Below are positions 24,001 through 39,000 of a stretch of 64,000 bases of DNA, in pieces. The DNA is taken from assembly GCA_964057225.1 (NCBI GenBank), contig OZ059898.1:18352001-18416000 (forward strand). Direction: 5' to 3'. The translations under genes were made by a program, and so were the position numbers. Positions within the stretch are counted from its first letter, which is position 1. Each line of letters starts with the position of its first letter. The notes under the pieces were generated by a model. The model was not told the DNA's origin. It saw only the letters and a program-made list of their open reading frames with translations, and made no database searches. This DNA is from Auanema rhodensis. Lineage: Eukaryota; Animalia; Nematoda.

Positions 24001-27000
24001 GATTTTCACCCTGAAGAATTAATTTTTTCGTTGAATAACATTGTCCATCGTCTTTGCCTTGAAAAAAGGAATCTAAAAACATCTACTTTTTGCTAAATTA
24101 TTTTGAAATTTTTCGAAAAAATTTTTGTCAAAATGTTTTTGGAAGCAATGTTGAGTGTACATGGAAACTCAACATACACTAATGCATCATTTTTCAAACG
24201 ATCATAACTAATTTTTGTATTAAGCGTTTTTCAATGTAGTATAGTGCATTCGATGCGGATTTTTAAGCTGCGTCGATCTGTGTTATCAGATTTGCGCTAG
24301 CTTAAAAATGCACCGAGATATCAACTGATATAAGTTCACACTTATATCCTCGATTTTCACCCTGAAGAATTAGTTTTTTCGTTGAATAACATTGTCCATC
24401 GTCTTTGCCTTGAAAAAAGGAATCTAAAAACATCTACTTTTTGCTAAATTATTTTGAAATTTTTCGAAAAAATTTTTGTCAAAATGTTTTTGGAAGCAAT
24501 GTTGAGTGAACATGGAAACTCAACATACACTAATGCATCATTTTTCGAACAATCATAACTAATTTTTGTATTAAGCGTTTCTCAATGTAGTATAGTGCAT
24601 TTGATGCGGATTTTTAAGCTGCGTCGATCTGTGTTATCAGATTTGCGCTAGCTTAAAAATGCACCGAGATATCAACTGATATAAGTTCACACTTATATCC
24701 TCGATTTTCACCCTGAAGAATTATTTTTTTCGTTGAATAACATTGTCCATCGTCTTTGCCTTGAAAAAAGGAATCTAAAAACATCTACTTTTTGCTAAAT
24801 TATTTTGAAATTTTTCGAAAAAATTTTTGTCAAAATGTTTTTGGAAGCAATGTTGAGTGTACATGGAAACTCAACATACACTAATGCATCATTTTTCAAA
24901 CGATCATAACTAATTTTTGTATTAAGCATTTCTCAATGTAGTATAGTGCATTCGATGCGGATTTTTAAGCTGCGTCGATCTGTGTTATCAGATTTGCGCT
25001 AGCTTAAAAATGCACCGAGATATCAACTGATATAAGTTCACACTTATATCCTCGATTTTCACCCTGAAGAATTATTTTTTTCGTTGAATAACATTGTCCA
25101 TCGTCTTTGCCTTGAAAAAAGGAATCTAAAAACATCTACTTTTTGCTAAATTATTTTGAAATTTTTCGAAAAAATTTTTGTCAAAATGTTTTTGGAAGCA
25201 ATGTTGAGTGAACATGGAAACTCAACATACACTAATGCATCATTTTTCGAACAATCATAACTAATTTTTGTATTAAGCGTTTCTCAATGTAGTATAGTGC
25301 ATTTGATGCGGATTTTTAAGCTGCGTCGATCTGTGTTATCAGATTTGCGCTAGCTTAAAAATGCACCGAGATATCAACTGATATAAGTTCACACTTATAT
25401 CCTCGATTTTCACCCTGAAGAATTAATTTTTTCGTTGAATAACATTGTCCATCGTCTTTGCCTTGAAAAAAGGAATCTAAAAACATCTACTTTTTGCTAA
25501 ATTATTCTGAAATTTTTCGAAAAAATTTTTGTCAAAATGTTTTTGGAAGCAATGTTGAGTGTACATGGAAACTCAACATACACTAATGCATCATTTTTCA
25601 AACGATCATAACTAATTTTTGTATTAAGCGTTTCTCAATGTAGTATAGTGCATTTGATGCGGATTTTTAAGCTGCGTCGATCTGTGTTATCAGATTTGCG
25701 CTAGCTTAAAAATGCACCGAGATATCAACTGATATAAGTTCACACTTATATCCTCGATTTTCACCCTGAAGAATTAATTTTTTCGTTGAATAACATTGTC
25801 CATCGTCTTTGCCTTGAAAAAAGGAATCTAAAAACATCTACTTTTTGCTAAATTATTTTGAAATTTTTCGAAAAAATTTTTGTCAAAATGTTTTTGGAAG
25901 CAATGTTGAGTGAACATGGAAACTCAACATACACTAATGCATCATTTTTCGAACAATCATAACTAATTTTTGTATTAAGCGTTTCTCAATGTAGTATAGT
26001 GCATTTGATGCGGATTTTTAAACTGCGTCGATCTGTGTTATCAGATTTGCGCTAGCTTAAAAATGCACCGAGATATCAGCTGATATAAGTTCACACTTAT
26101 ATCCTCGATTTTCACCCTGAAGAATTATTTTTTTCGTTGAATAACATTGTCCATCGTCTCTGCCTTGAAAAAAGGAATCTAAAAACATCTACTTTTTGCT
26201 AAATTATTTTGAAATTTTTCGAAAAAATTTTTGTCAAAATGTTTTTGGAAGCAATGTTGAGTGAACATGGAAACTCAACATACACTAATGCATCATTTTT
26301 CGAACAATCATAACTAATTTTTGTATTAAGCGTTTCTCAATGTAGTATAGTGCATTTGATGCGGATTTTTAAGCTGCGTCGATCTGTGTTATCAGATTTG
26401 CGCTAGCTTAAAAATGCACCGAGATATCAACTGATATAAGTTCACACTTATATCCTCGATTTTCACCCTGAAGAATTAATTTTTTCGTTGAATAACATTG
26501 TCCATCGTCTTTGCCTTGAAAAAAAGAATCTAAAAACATCTACTTTTTGCTAAATTATTTTGAAATTTTTCGAAAAAATTTTTGTCAAAATGTTTTTGGA
26601 AGCAATGTTGAGTGTACATGGAAACTCAACATACACTAATGCATCATTTTTCAAACGATCATAACTAATTTTTGTATTAAGCGTTTTTCAATGTAGTATA
26701 GTGCATTCGATGCGGATTTTTAAGCTGCGTCGATCTGTGTTATCAGATTTGCGCTAGCTTAAAAATGCACCGAGATATCAACTGATATAAGTTCACACTT
26801 ATATCCTCGATTTTCACCCTGAAGAATTAATTTTTTCGTTGAATAACATTGTCCATCGTCTTTGCCTTGAAAAAAGGAATCTAAAAACATCTACTTTTTG
26901 CTAAATTATTTTGAAATTTTTCGAAAAAATTTTTGTCAAAATGTTTTTGGAAGCAATGTTGAGTGAACATGGAAACTCAACATACACTAATGCATCATTT

Positions 27001-30000
27001 TTCGAACAATCATAACTAATTTTTGTATTAAGCGTTTCTCAATGTAGTATAGTGCATTTGATGCGGATTTTTAAGCTGCGTCGATCTGTGTTATCAGATT
27101 TGCGCTAGCTTAAAAATGCACCGAGATATCAACTGATATAAGTTCACACTTATATCCTCGATTTTCACCCTGAAGAATTAATTTTTTCGTTGAATAACAT
27201 TGTCCATCGTCTTTGCCTTGAAAAAAAGAATCTAAAAACATCTACTTTTTGCTAAATTATTTTGAAATTTTTCGAAAAAATTTTTGTCAAAATGTTTTTG
27301 GAAGCAATGTTGAGTGTACATGGAAACTCAACATACACTAATGCATCATTTTTCAAACGATCATAACTAATTTTTGTATTAAGCGTTTTTCAATGTAGTA
27401 TAGTGCATTCGATGCGGATTTTTAAGCTGCGTCGATCTGTGTTATCAGATTTGCGCTAGCTTAAAAATGCACCGAGATATCAACTGATATAAGTTCACAC
27501 TTATATCCTCGATTTTCACCCTGAAGAATTAATTTTTTCGTTGAATAACATTGTCCATCGTCTTTGCCTTGAAAAAAGGAATCTAAAAACATCTACTTTT
27601 TGCTAAATTATTTTGAAATTTTTCGAAAAAATTTTTGTCAAAATGTTTTTGGAAGCAATGTTGAGTGAACATGGAAACTCAACATACACTAATGCATCAT
27701 TTTTCGAACAATCATAACTTATTTTTGTATTAAGCGTTTCTCAATGTAGTATAGTGCATTTGATGCGGATTTTTAAGCTGCGTCGATCTGTGTTATCAGA
27801 TTTGCGCTAGCTTAAAAATGCACCGTGATATCAACTGATATAAGTTCACACTTATATCCTCGATTTTCACCCTGAAGAATTATTTTTTTCGTTGAATAAC
27901 ATTGTCCATCGTCTTTGCCTTGAAAAAAGGAATCTAAAAACATCTACTTTTTGCTAAATTATTTTGAAATTTTTCGAAAAAATTTTTGTCAAAATGTTTT
28001 TGGAAGCAATGTTGAGTGTACATGGAAACTCAACATACACTAATGCATCATTTTTCAAACGATCATAACTAATTTTTGTATTAAGCGTTTTTCAATGTAG
28101 TATAATGCATTCGATGCGGATTTTTAAGCTGCGTCGATCTGTGTTATCAGATTTGCGCTAGCTTAAAAATGCACCGAGATATCAACTGATATAAGTTCAC
28201 ACTTATATCCTCGATTTTCACCCTGAAGAATTAATTTTTTCGTTGAATAACATTGTCCATCGTCTTTGCCTTGAAAAAAGGAATCTAAAAACATCTACTT
28301 TTTGCTAAATTATTTTGAAATTTTTCGAAAAAAGTTTTGTCAAAATGTTTTTGGAAGCAATGTTGAGTGAACATGGAAACTCAACATACACTAATGCATC
28401 ATTTTTCGAACAATCATAACTAATTTTTGTATCAAGCGTTTCTCAATGTAGTATAGTGCATTTGATGCGGATTTTTAAGCTGCGTCGATCTGTGTTATCA
28501 GATTTGCGCTAGCTTAAAAATGCACCGAGATATCAGCTGATATAAGTTCACACTTATATCCTCGATTTTCACCCTGAAGAATTATTTTTTTCGTTGAATA
28601 ACATTGTCCATCGTCTTTGCCTTGAAAAAAGGAATCTAAAAACATCTACTTTTTGCTAAATTATTTTGAAATTTTTCGAAAAAATTTTTGTCAAAATGTT
28701 TTTGGAAGCAATGTTGAGTGTACATGGAAACTCAACATACACTAATGCATCATTTTTCAAACGATCATAACTAATTTTTGTATCAAGCGTTTCTCAATGT
28801 AGTATAGTGCATTTGATGCGGATTTTTAAGCTGCGTCGATCTGTGTTATCAGATTTGCGCTAGCTTAAAAATGCACCGAGATATCAGCTGATATAAGTTC
28901 ACACTTATATCCTCGATTTTCACCCTGAAGAATTATTTTTTTCGTTGAATAACATTGTCCATCGTCTCTGCCTTGAAAAAAGGAATCTAAAAACATCTAC
29001 TTTTTGCTAAATTATTTTGAAATTTTTCGAAAAAATTTTTGTCAAAATGTTTTTGGAAGCAATGTTGAGTGTACATGGAAACTCAACATACACTAATGCA
29101 TCATTTTTCAAACGATCATAACTAATTTTTGTATTAAGCGTTTCTCAATGTAGTATAGTGCATTCGATGCGGATTTTTAAGCTGCGTCGATCTGTGTTAT
29201 CAGATTGGCGCTAGCTTAAAAATGCACCGAGATATCAACTGATATAAGTTCACACTTATATCCTCGATTTTCACCCTGAAGAATTAATTTTTTCGTTGAA
29301 TAACATTGTCCATCGTCTTTGCCTTGAAAAAAGGAATCTAAAAACATCTACTTTTTGCTAAATTATTTTGAAATTTTTCGAAAAAATTTTTGTCAAAATG
29401 TTTTTGGAAGCAATGTTGAGTGAACATGGAAACTCAACATACACTAATGCATCATTTTTCAAACGATCATAACTAATTTTTGTATTAAGCGTTTCTCAAT
29501 GTAGTATAGCGCATTTGATGCGGATTTTTAAGCTGCGTCGATCTGTGTTATCAGATTTGCGCTAGCTTAAAAATGCACCGAGATATCAACTGATATAAGT
29601 TCACACTTATATCCTCGATTTTCACCCTGAAGAATTAATTTTTTCGTTGAATAACATTGTCCATCGTCTTTGCCTTGAAAAAAGGAATCTAAAAACATCT
29701 ACTTTTTGCTAAATTATTTTGAAATTTTTCGAAAAAATTTTTGTCAAAATGTTTTTGGAAGCAATGTTGAGTGAACATGGAAACTCAACATACACTAATG
29801 CATCATTTTTCGAACAATCATAACTAATTTTTGTATTAAGCGTTTCTCAATGTAGTATAGTGCATTTGATGCGGATTTTTAAGCTGCGTCGATCTGTGTT
29901 ATCAGATTTGCGCTAGCTTAAAAATGCACCGAGATATCAACTGATATAAGTTCACACTTATATCCTCGATTTTCACCCTGAAGAATTAATTTTTTTGTTG

Positions 30001-33000
30001 AATAACATTGTCCATCGTCTTTGCCTTGAAAAAAGGAATCTAAAAACATCTACTTTTTGCTAAATTATTTTGAAATTTTTTGAAAAAATTTTTGTCAAAA
30101 TGTTTTTGGAAGCAATGTTGAGTGAACATGGAAACTCAACATACACTAATGCATCATTTTTCGAACAATCATAACTAATTTTTGTATTAAGCGTTTCTCA
30201 ATGTAGTATAGTGCATTTGATGCGGATTTTTAAGCTGCGTCGATCTGTGTTATCAGATTTGCGCTAGCTTAAAAATGCACCGAGATATCAACTGATATAA
30301 GTTCACACTTATATCCTCGATTTTCACCCTGAAGAATTAATTTTTTCGTTGAATAACATTGTCCATCGTCTTTGCCTTGAAAAAAGGAATCTAAAAACAT
30401 CTACTTTTTGCTAAATTATTTTGAAATTTTTCGAAAAAATTTTTGTCAAAATGTTTTTGGAAGCAATGTTGAGTGTACATGGAAACTCAACATACACTAA
30501 TGCATCATTTTTCAAACGATCATAACTAATTTTTGTATTAAGCGTTTCTCAATGTAGTATAGTGCATTCGATGCGGATTTTTAAGCTGCGTCGATCTGTG
30601 TTATCAGATTTGCGCTAGCTTAAAAATGCACCGAGATATCAACTGATATAAGTTCACACTTATATCCTCGATTTTCACCCTGAAGAATTAATTTTTTCGT
30701 TGAATAACATTGTCCATCGTCTTTGCCTTGAAAAAAGGAATCTAAAAACATATACTTTTTGCTAAATTATTTTGAAATTTTTCGAAAAAATTTTTGTCAA
30801 AATGTTTTTGGAAGCAATGTTGAGTGTACATGGAAACTCAACATACACTAATGCATCATTTTTCAAACGATCATAACTAATTTTTGTATTAAGCGTTTCT
30901 CAATGTAGTATAGTGCATTCGATGCGGATTTTTAAGCTGCGTCGATCTGTGTTATCAGATTTGCGCTAGCTTAAAAATGCACCGAGATATCAACTGATAT
31001 AAGTTCACACTTATATCCTCGATTTTCACCCTGAAGAATTAATTTTTTCGTTGAATAACATTGTCCATCGTCTTTGCCTTAAAAAAAGGAATCTAAAAAC
31101 ATCTACTTTTTGCTAAATTATTTTGAAATTTTTCGAAAAAATTTTTGTCAAAATGTTTTTGGAAGCAATGTTGAGTGTACATGGAAACTCAACATACACT
31201 AATGCATCATTTTTCAAACGATCATAACAAATTTTTGTATTAAGCGTTTCTCAATGTAGTATAGTGCATTCGATGCGGATTTTTAAGCTGCGTCGATCTG
31301 TGTTATCAGATTTGCGCTAGCTTAAAAATGCACCGAGATATCAACTGATATAAGTTCACACTTAAATCCTCGATTTTCACCCTGAAGAATTATTTTTTTC
31401 GTTGAATAACATTGTCCATCGTCTTTGCCTTAAAAAAAGGAATCTAAAAACATCTACTTTTTGCTAAATTATTTTGAAATTTTTCGAAAAAATTTTTGTC
31501 AAAATGTTTTTGGAAGCAATGTTGAGTGAACATGGAAACTCAACATACACTAATGCATCATTTTTCGAACAATCATAACTAATTTTTGTATTAAGCGTTT
31601 CTCAATGTAGTATAGTGCATTTGATGCGGATTTTTAAGCTGCGTCGATCTGTGTTATCAGATTTGCGCTAGCTTAAAAATGCACCGAGATATCAACTGAT
31701 ATAAGTTCACACTTATATCCTCGATTTTCACCCTGAAGAATTAATTTTTTCGTTGAATAACATTGTCCATCGTCTTTGCCTTGAAAAAAGGAATCTAAAA
31801 ACATCTACTTTTTGCTAAATTATTTTGAAATTTTTCGAAAAAATTTTTGTCAAAATGTTTTTGGAAGCAATGTTGAGTGTACATGGAAACTCAACATACA
31901 CTAATGCATCATTTTTCAAACGATCATAACTAATTTTTGTATTAAGCGTTTCTCAATGTAGTATAGTGCATTCGATGCGGATTTTTAAGCTGCGTCGATC
32001 TGTGTTATCAGATTTGCGCTAGCTTAAAAATGCACCGAGATATCAACTGATATAAGTTCACACTTAAATCCTCGATTTTCACCCTGAAGAATTATTTTTT
32101 TCGTTGAATAACATTGTCCATCGTCTTTGCCTTAAAAAAAGGAATCTAAAAACATCTACTTTTTGCTAAATTATTTTGAAATTTTTCGAAAAAATTTTTG
32201 TCAAAATGTTTTTGGAAGCAATGTTGAGTGAACATGGAAACTCAACATACACTAATGCATCATTTTTCGAACAATCATAACTAATTTTTGTATTAAGCGT
32301 TTCTCAATGTAGTATAGTGCATTTGATGCGGATTTTTAAGCTGCGTCGATCTGTGTTATCAGATTTGCGCTAGCTTAAAAATGCACCGAGATATCAACTG
32401 ATATAAGTTCACACTTATATCCTCGATTTTCACCCTGAAGAATTAATTTTTTCGTTGAATAACATTGTCCATCGTCTTTGCCTTAAAAAAAGGAATCTAA
32501 AAACATCTACTTTTTGCTAAATTATTTTGAAATTTTTCGAAAAAATTTTTGTCAAAATGTTTTTGGAAGCAATGTTGAGTGTACATGGAAACTCAACATA
32601 CACTAATGCATCATTTTTCAAACGATCATAACTAATTTTTGTATTAAGCGTTTCTCAATGTAGTATAGTGCATTCGATGCGGATTTTTAAGCTGCGTCGA
32701 TCTGTGTTATCAGATTTGCGCTAGCTTAAAAATGCACCGAGATATCAACTGATATAAGTTCACACTTATATCCTCGATTTTCACCCTGAAGAATTAATTT
32801 TTTCGTTGAATAACATTGTCCATCGTCTTTGCCTTAAAAAAAGGAATCTAAAAACGTCTACTTTTTGCTAAATTATTTTGAAATTTTTCGAAAAAATTTT
32901 TGTCAAAATGTTTTTGGAAGCAATGTTGAGTGAACATGGAAACTCAACATACACTAATGCATCATTTTTCGAACAATCATAACTAATTTTTGTATTAAGC

Positions 33001-36000
33001 GTTTCTCAATGTAGTATAGTGCATTTGATGCGGATTTTTAAGCTGCGTCGATCTGTGTTATCAGATTTGCGCTAGCTTAAAAATGCACCGAGATATCAAC
33101 TGATATAAGTTTACACTTATATCCTCGATTTTCACCCTGAAGAATTAATTTTTTCGTTGAATAACATTGTCCATCGTCTTTGCCTTGAAAAAAGGAATCT
33201 AAAAACATCTACTTTTTGCTAAATTATTTTGAAATTTTTCGAAAAAATTTTTGTCAAAATGTTTTTGGAAGCAATGTTGAGTGTACATGGAAACTCAACA
33301 TACACTAATGCATCATTTTTCAAACGATCATAACTAATTTTTGTATTAAGCGTTTCTCAATGTAGTATAGTGCATTCGATGCGGATTTTTAAGCTGCGTC
33401 GATCTGTGTTATCAGATTTGCGCTAGCTTAAAAATGCACCGAGATATCAACTGATATAAGTTCACACTTATATCCTCGATTTTCACCCTGAAGAATTAAT
33501 TTTTTCGTTGAATAACATTGTCCATCGTCTTTGCCTTGAAAAAAGGAATCTAAAAACATCTACTTTTTGCTAAATTATTTTGAAATTTTTCGAAAAAATT
33601 TTTGTCAAAATGTTTTTGGAAGCAATGTTGAGTGTACATGGAAACTCAACATACACTAATGCATCATTTTTCAAACGATCATAACTAATTTTTGTATTAA
33701 GCGTTTCTCAATGTAGTATAGTGCATTCGATGCGGATTTTTAAGCTGCGTCGATCTGTGTTATCAGATTTGCGCTAGCTTAAAAATGCACCGAGATATCA
33801 ACTGATATAAGTTCACACTTATATCCTCGATTTTCACCCTGAAGAATTAATTTTTTCGTTGAATAACATTGTCCATCGTCTTTGCCTCGAAAAAAGGAAT
33901 CTAAAAACATCTACTTTTTGCTAAATTATTTTGAAATTTTTCGAAAAAATTTTTGTCAAAATGTTTTTGGAAGCAATGTTGAGTGTACATGGAAACTCAA
34001 CATACACTAATGCATCATTTTTCGAACAATCATAACTAATTTTTGTATTAAGCGTTTCTCAATGTAGTATAGTGCATTTGATGCGGATTTTTAAGCTGCG
34101 TCGATCTGTGTTATCAGATTTGCGCTAGCTTAAAAATGCACCGAGATATCAACTGATATAAGTTCACACTTATATCCTCGATTTTCACCCTGAAGAATTA
34201 ATTTTTTCGTTGAATAACATTGTCCATCGTCTTTGCCTTGAAAAAAGGAATCTAAAAACATCTACTTTTTGCTAAATTATTTTGAAATTTTTCGAAAAAA
34301 TTTTTGTCAAAATGTTTTTGGAAGCAATGTTGAGTGTACATGGAAACTCAACATACACTAATGCATCATTTTTCAAACGATCATAACTAATTTTTGTATT
34401 AAGCGTTTCTCAATGTAGTATAGTGCATTCGATGCGGATTTTTAAGCTGCGTCGATCTGTGTTATCAGATTTGCGCTAGCTTAAAAATGCACCGAGATAT
34501 CAACTGATATAAGTTCACACTTATATCCTCGATTTTCACCCTGAAGAATTAATTTTTTCGTTGAATAACATTGTCCATCGTCTTTGCCTTGAAAAAAGGA
34601 ATCTAAAAACATCTACTTTTTGCTAAATTATTTTGAAATTTTTCGAAAAAATTTTTGTCAAAATGTTTTTGGAAGCAATGTTGAGTGTACATGGAAACTC
34701 AACATACACTAATGCATCATTTTTCGAACAATCATAACTAATTTTTGTATTAAGCGTTTCTCAATGTAGTATAGTGCATTTGATGCGGATTTTTAAGCTG
34801 CGTCGACCTGTGTTATCAGATTTGCGCTAGCTTAAAAATGCACCGAGATATCAACTGATATAAGTTCACACTTATATCCTCGATTTTCACCCTGAAGAAT
34901 TAATTTTTTCGTTGAATAACATTGTCCATCGTCTTTGCCTTGAAAAAAGGAATCTAAAAACATCTACTTTTTGCTAAATTATTTTGAAATTTTTCGAAAA
35001 AATTTTTGTCAAAATGTTTTTGGAAGCAATGTTGAGTGTACATGGAAACTCAACATACACTAATGCATCATTTTTCAAACGATCATAACTAATTTTTGTA
35101 TTAAGCGTTTCTCAATGTAGTATAGTGCATTCGATGCGGATTTTTAAGCTGCGTCGATCTGTGTTATCAGATTTGCGCTAGCTTAAAAATGCACCGAGAT
35201 ATCAACTGATATAAGTTCACACTTATATCCTCGATTTTCACCCTGAAGAATTATTTTTTTCGTTGAATAACATTGTCCATCGTCTTTGCCTTGAAAAAAG
35301 GAATCTAAAAACATCTACTTTTTGCTAAATTATTTTGAAATTTTTCGAAAAAATTTTTGTCAAAATGTTTTTGGAAGCAATGTTGAGTGTACATGGAAAC
35401 TCAACATACACTAATGCATCATTTTTCAAACGATCATAACTAATTTTTGTATTAAGCGTTTCTCAATGTAGTATAGTGCATTCGATGCGGATTTTTAAGC
35501 TGCGTCGATCTGTGTTATCAGATTTGCGCTAGCTTAAAAATGCACCGAGATATCAACTGATATAAGTTCACACTTATATCCTCGATTTTCACCCTGAAGA
35601 ATTATTTTTTTCGTTGAATAACATTGTCCATCGTCTTTGCCTTGAAAAAAGGAATCTAAAAACATCTACTTTTTGCTAAATTATTTTGAAATTTTTCGAA
35701 AAAATTTTTGTCAAAATGTTTTTGGAAGCAATGTTGAGTGAACATGGAAACTCAACATACACTAATGCATCATTTTTCGAACAATCATAACTAATTTTTG
35801 TATTAAGCGTTTCTCAATGTAGTATAGTGCATTTGATGCGGATTTTTAAGCTGCGTCGATCTGTGTTATCAGATTTGCGCTAGCTTAAAAATGCACCGAG
35901 ATATCAACTGATATAAGTTCACACTTATATCCTCGATTTTCACCCTGAAGAATTAATTTTTTCGTTGAATAACATTGTCCATCGTCTTTGCCTTGAAAAA

Positions 36001-39000
36001 AGGAATCTAAAAACATCTACTTTTTGCTAAATTATTTTGAAATTTTTCGAAAAAATTTTTGTCAAAATGTTTTTGGAAGCAATGTTGAGTGTACATGGAA
36101 ACTCAACATACACTAATGCATCATTTTTCGAACAATCATAACTAATTTTTGTATTAAGCGTTTCTCAATGTAGTATAGTGCATTTGATGCGGATTTTTAA
36201 GCTGCGTCGACCTGTGTTATCAGATTTGCGCTAGCTTAAAAATGCACCGAGATATCAACTGATATAAGTTCACACTTATATCCTCGATTTTCACCCTGAA
36301 GAATTAATTTTTTCGTTGAATAACATTGTCCATCGTCTTTGCCTTGAAAAAAGGAATCTAAAAACATCTACTTTTTGCTAAATTATTTTGAAATTTTTCG
36401 AAAAAATTTTTGTCAAAATGTTTTTGGAAGCAATGTTGAGTGTACATGGAAACTCAACATACACTAATGCATCATTTTTCAAACGATCATAACTAATTTT
36501 TGTATTAAGCGTTTCTCAATGTAGTATAGTGCATTCGATGCGGATTTTTAAGCTGCGTCGATCTGTGTTATCAGATTTGCTCTAGCTTAAAAATGCACCG
36601 AGATATCAACTGATATAAGTTCACACTTATATCCTCGATTTTCACCCTGAAGAATTATTTTTTTCGTTGAATAACATTGTCCATCGTCTTTGCCTTGAAA
36701 AAAGGAATCTAAAAACATCTACTTTTTGCTAAATTATTTTGAAATTTTTCGAAAAAATTTTTGTCAAAATGTTTTTGGAAGCAATGTTGAGTGTACATGG
36801 AAACTCAACATACACTAATGCATCATTTTTCAAACGATCATAACTAATTTTTGTATTAAGCGTTTCTCAATGTAGTATAGTGCATTCGATGCGGATTTTT
36901 AAGCTGCGTCGATCTGTGTTATCAGATTTGCGCTAGCTTAAAAATGCACCGAGATATCAACTGATATAAGTTCACACTTATATCCTCGATTTTCACCCTG
37001 AAGAATTAATTTTTTCGTTGAATAACATTGTCCATCGTCTTTGCCTCGAAAAAAGGAATCTAAAAACATCTACTTTTTGCTAAATTATTTTGAAATTTTT
37101 CGAAAAAATTTTTGTCAAAATGTTTTTGGAAGCAATGTTGAGTGTACATGGAAACTCAACATACACTAATGCATCATTTTTCGAACAATCATAACTAATT
37201 TTTGTATTAAGCGTTTCTCAATGTAGTATAGTGCATTTGATGCGGATTTTTAAGCTGCGTCGATCTGTGTTATCAGATTTGCGCTAGCTTAAAAATGCAC
37301 CGAGATATCAACTGATATAAGTTCACACTTATATCCTCGATTTTCACCCTGAAGAATTAATTTTTTCGTTGAATAACATTGTCCATCGTCTTTGCCTTGA
37401 AAAAAGAAATCTAAAAACATCTACTTTTTGCTAAATTATTTTGAAATTTTTCGAAAAAATTTTTGTCAAAATGTTTTTGGAAGCAATGTTGAGTGTACAT
37501 GGAAACTCAACATACACTAATGCATCATTTTTCAAACGATCATAACTAATTTTTGTATTAAGCGTTTCTCAATGTAGTATAGTGCATTCGATGCGGATTT
37601 TTAAGCTGCGTCGATCTGTGTTATCAGATTTGCGCTAGCTTAAAAATGCACCGAGATATCAACTGATATAAGTTCACACTTATATCCTCGATTTTCACCC
37701 TGAAGAATTATTTTTTTCGTTGAATAACATTGTCCATCGTCTTTGCCTTGAAAAAAGGAATCTAAAAACATCTACTTTTTGCTAAATTATTTTGAAATTT
37801 TTCGAAAAAATTTTTGTCAAAATGTTTTTGGAAGCAATGTTGAGTGTACATGGAAACTCAACATACACTAATGCATCATTTTTCAAACGATCATAACTAA
37901 TTTTTGTATTAAGCGTTTCTCAATGTAGTATAGTGCATTCGATGCGGATTTTTAAGCTGCGTCGATCTGTGTTATCAGATTTGCGCTAGCTTAAAAATGC
38001 ACCGAGATATCAACTGTTATAAGTTCACACTTATATCCTCGATTTTCACCCTGAAGAATTATTTTTTTCGTTGAATAACATTGTCCATCGTCTTTGCCTT
38101 GAAAAAAGAAATCTAAAAACATCTACTTTTTGCTAAATTATTTTGAAATTTTTCGAAAAAATTTTTGTCAAAATGTTTTTGGAAGCAATGTTGAGTGTAC
38201 ATGGAAACTCAACATACACTAATGCATCATTTTTCAAACGATCATAACTAATTTTTGTATTAAGCGTTTCTCAATGTAGTATAGTGCATTCGATGCGGAT
38301 TTTTAAGCTGCGTCGATCTGTGTTATCAGATTTGCGCTAGCTTAAAAATGCACCGAGATATCAACTGATATAAGTTCACACTTATATCCTCGATTTTCAC
38401 CCTGAAGAATTATTTTTTTCGTTGAATAACATTGTCCATCGTCTTTGCCTTGAAAAAAGGAATCTAAAAACATCTTCTTTTTGCTAAATTATTTTGAAAT
38501 TTTTCGAAAAAATTTTTGTCAAAAAGTTTTTGGAAGCAATGTTGAGTGAACATGGAAACTCAACATACACTAATGCATCATTTTTCGAACAATCATAACT
38601 AATTTTTGTATTAAGCGTTTCTCAATGTAGTATAGTGCATTTGATGCGGATTTTTAAGCTGCGTCGATCTGTGTTATCAGATTTGCGCTAGCTTAAAAGT
38701 GCACCGAGATATCAACTGATATAAGTTCACACTTATATCCTCGATTTTCACCCTGAAGAATTAATTTTTTCGTTGAATAACATTGTCCATCGTCTTTGCC
38801 TTGAAAAAAGGAATCTAAAAACATCTACTTTTTGCTAAATTATTTTGAAATTTTTCGAAAAAATTTTTGTCAAAATGTTTTTGGAAGCAATGTTGAGTGA
38901 ACATGGAAACTCAACATACACTAATGCATCATTTTTCGAACAATCATAACTAATTTTTGTATTAAGCGTTTCTCAATGTAGTATAGTGCATTTGATGCGG

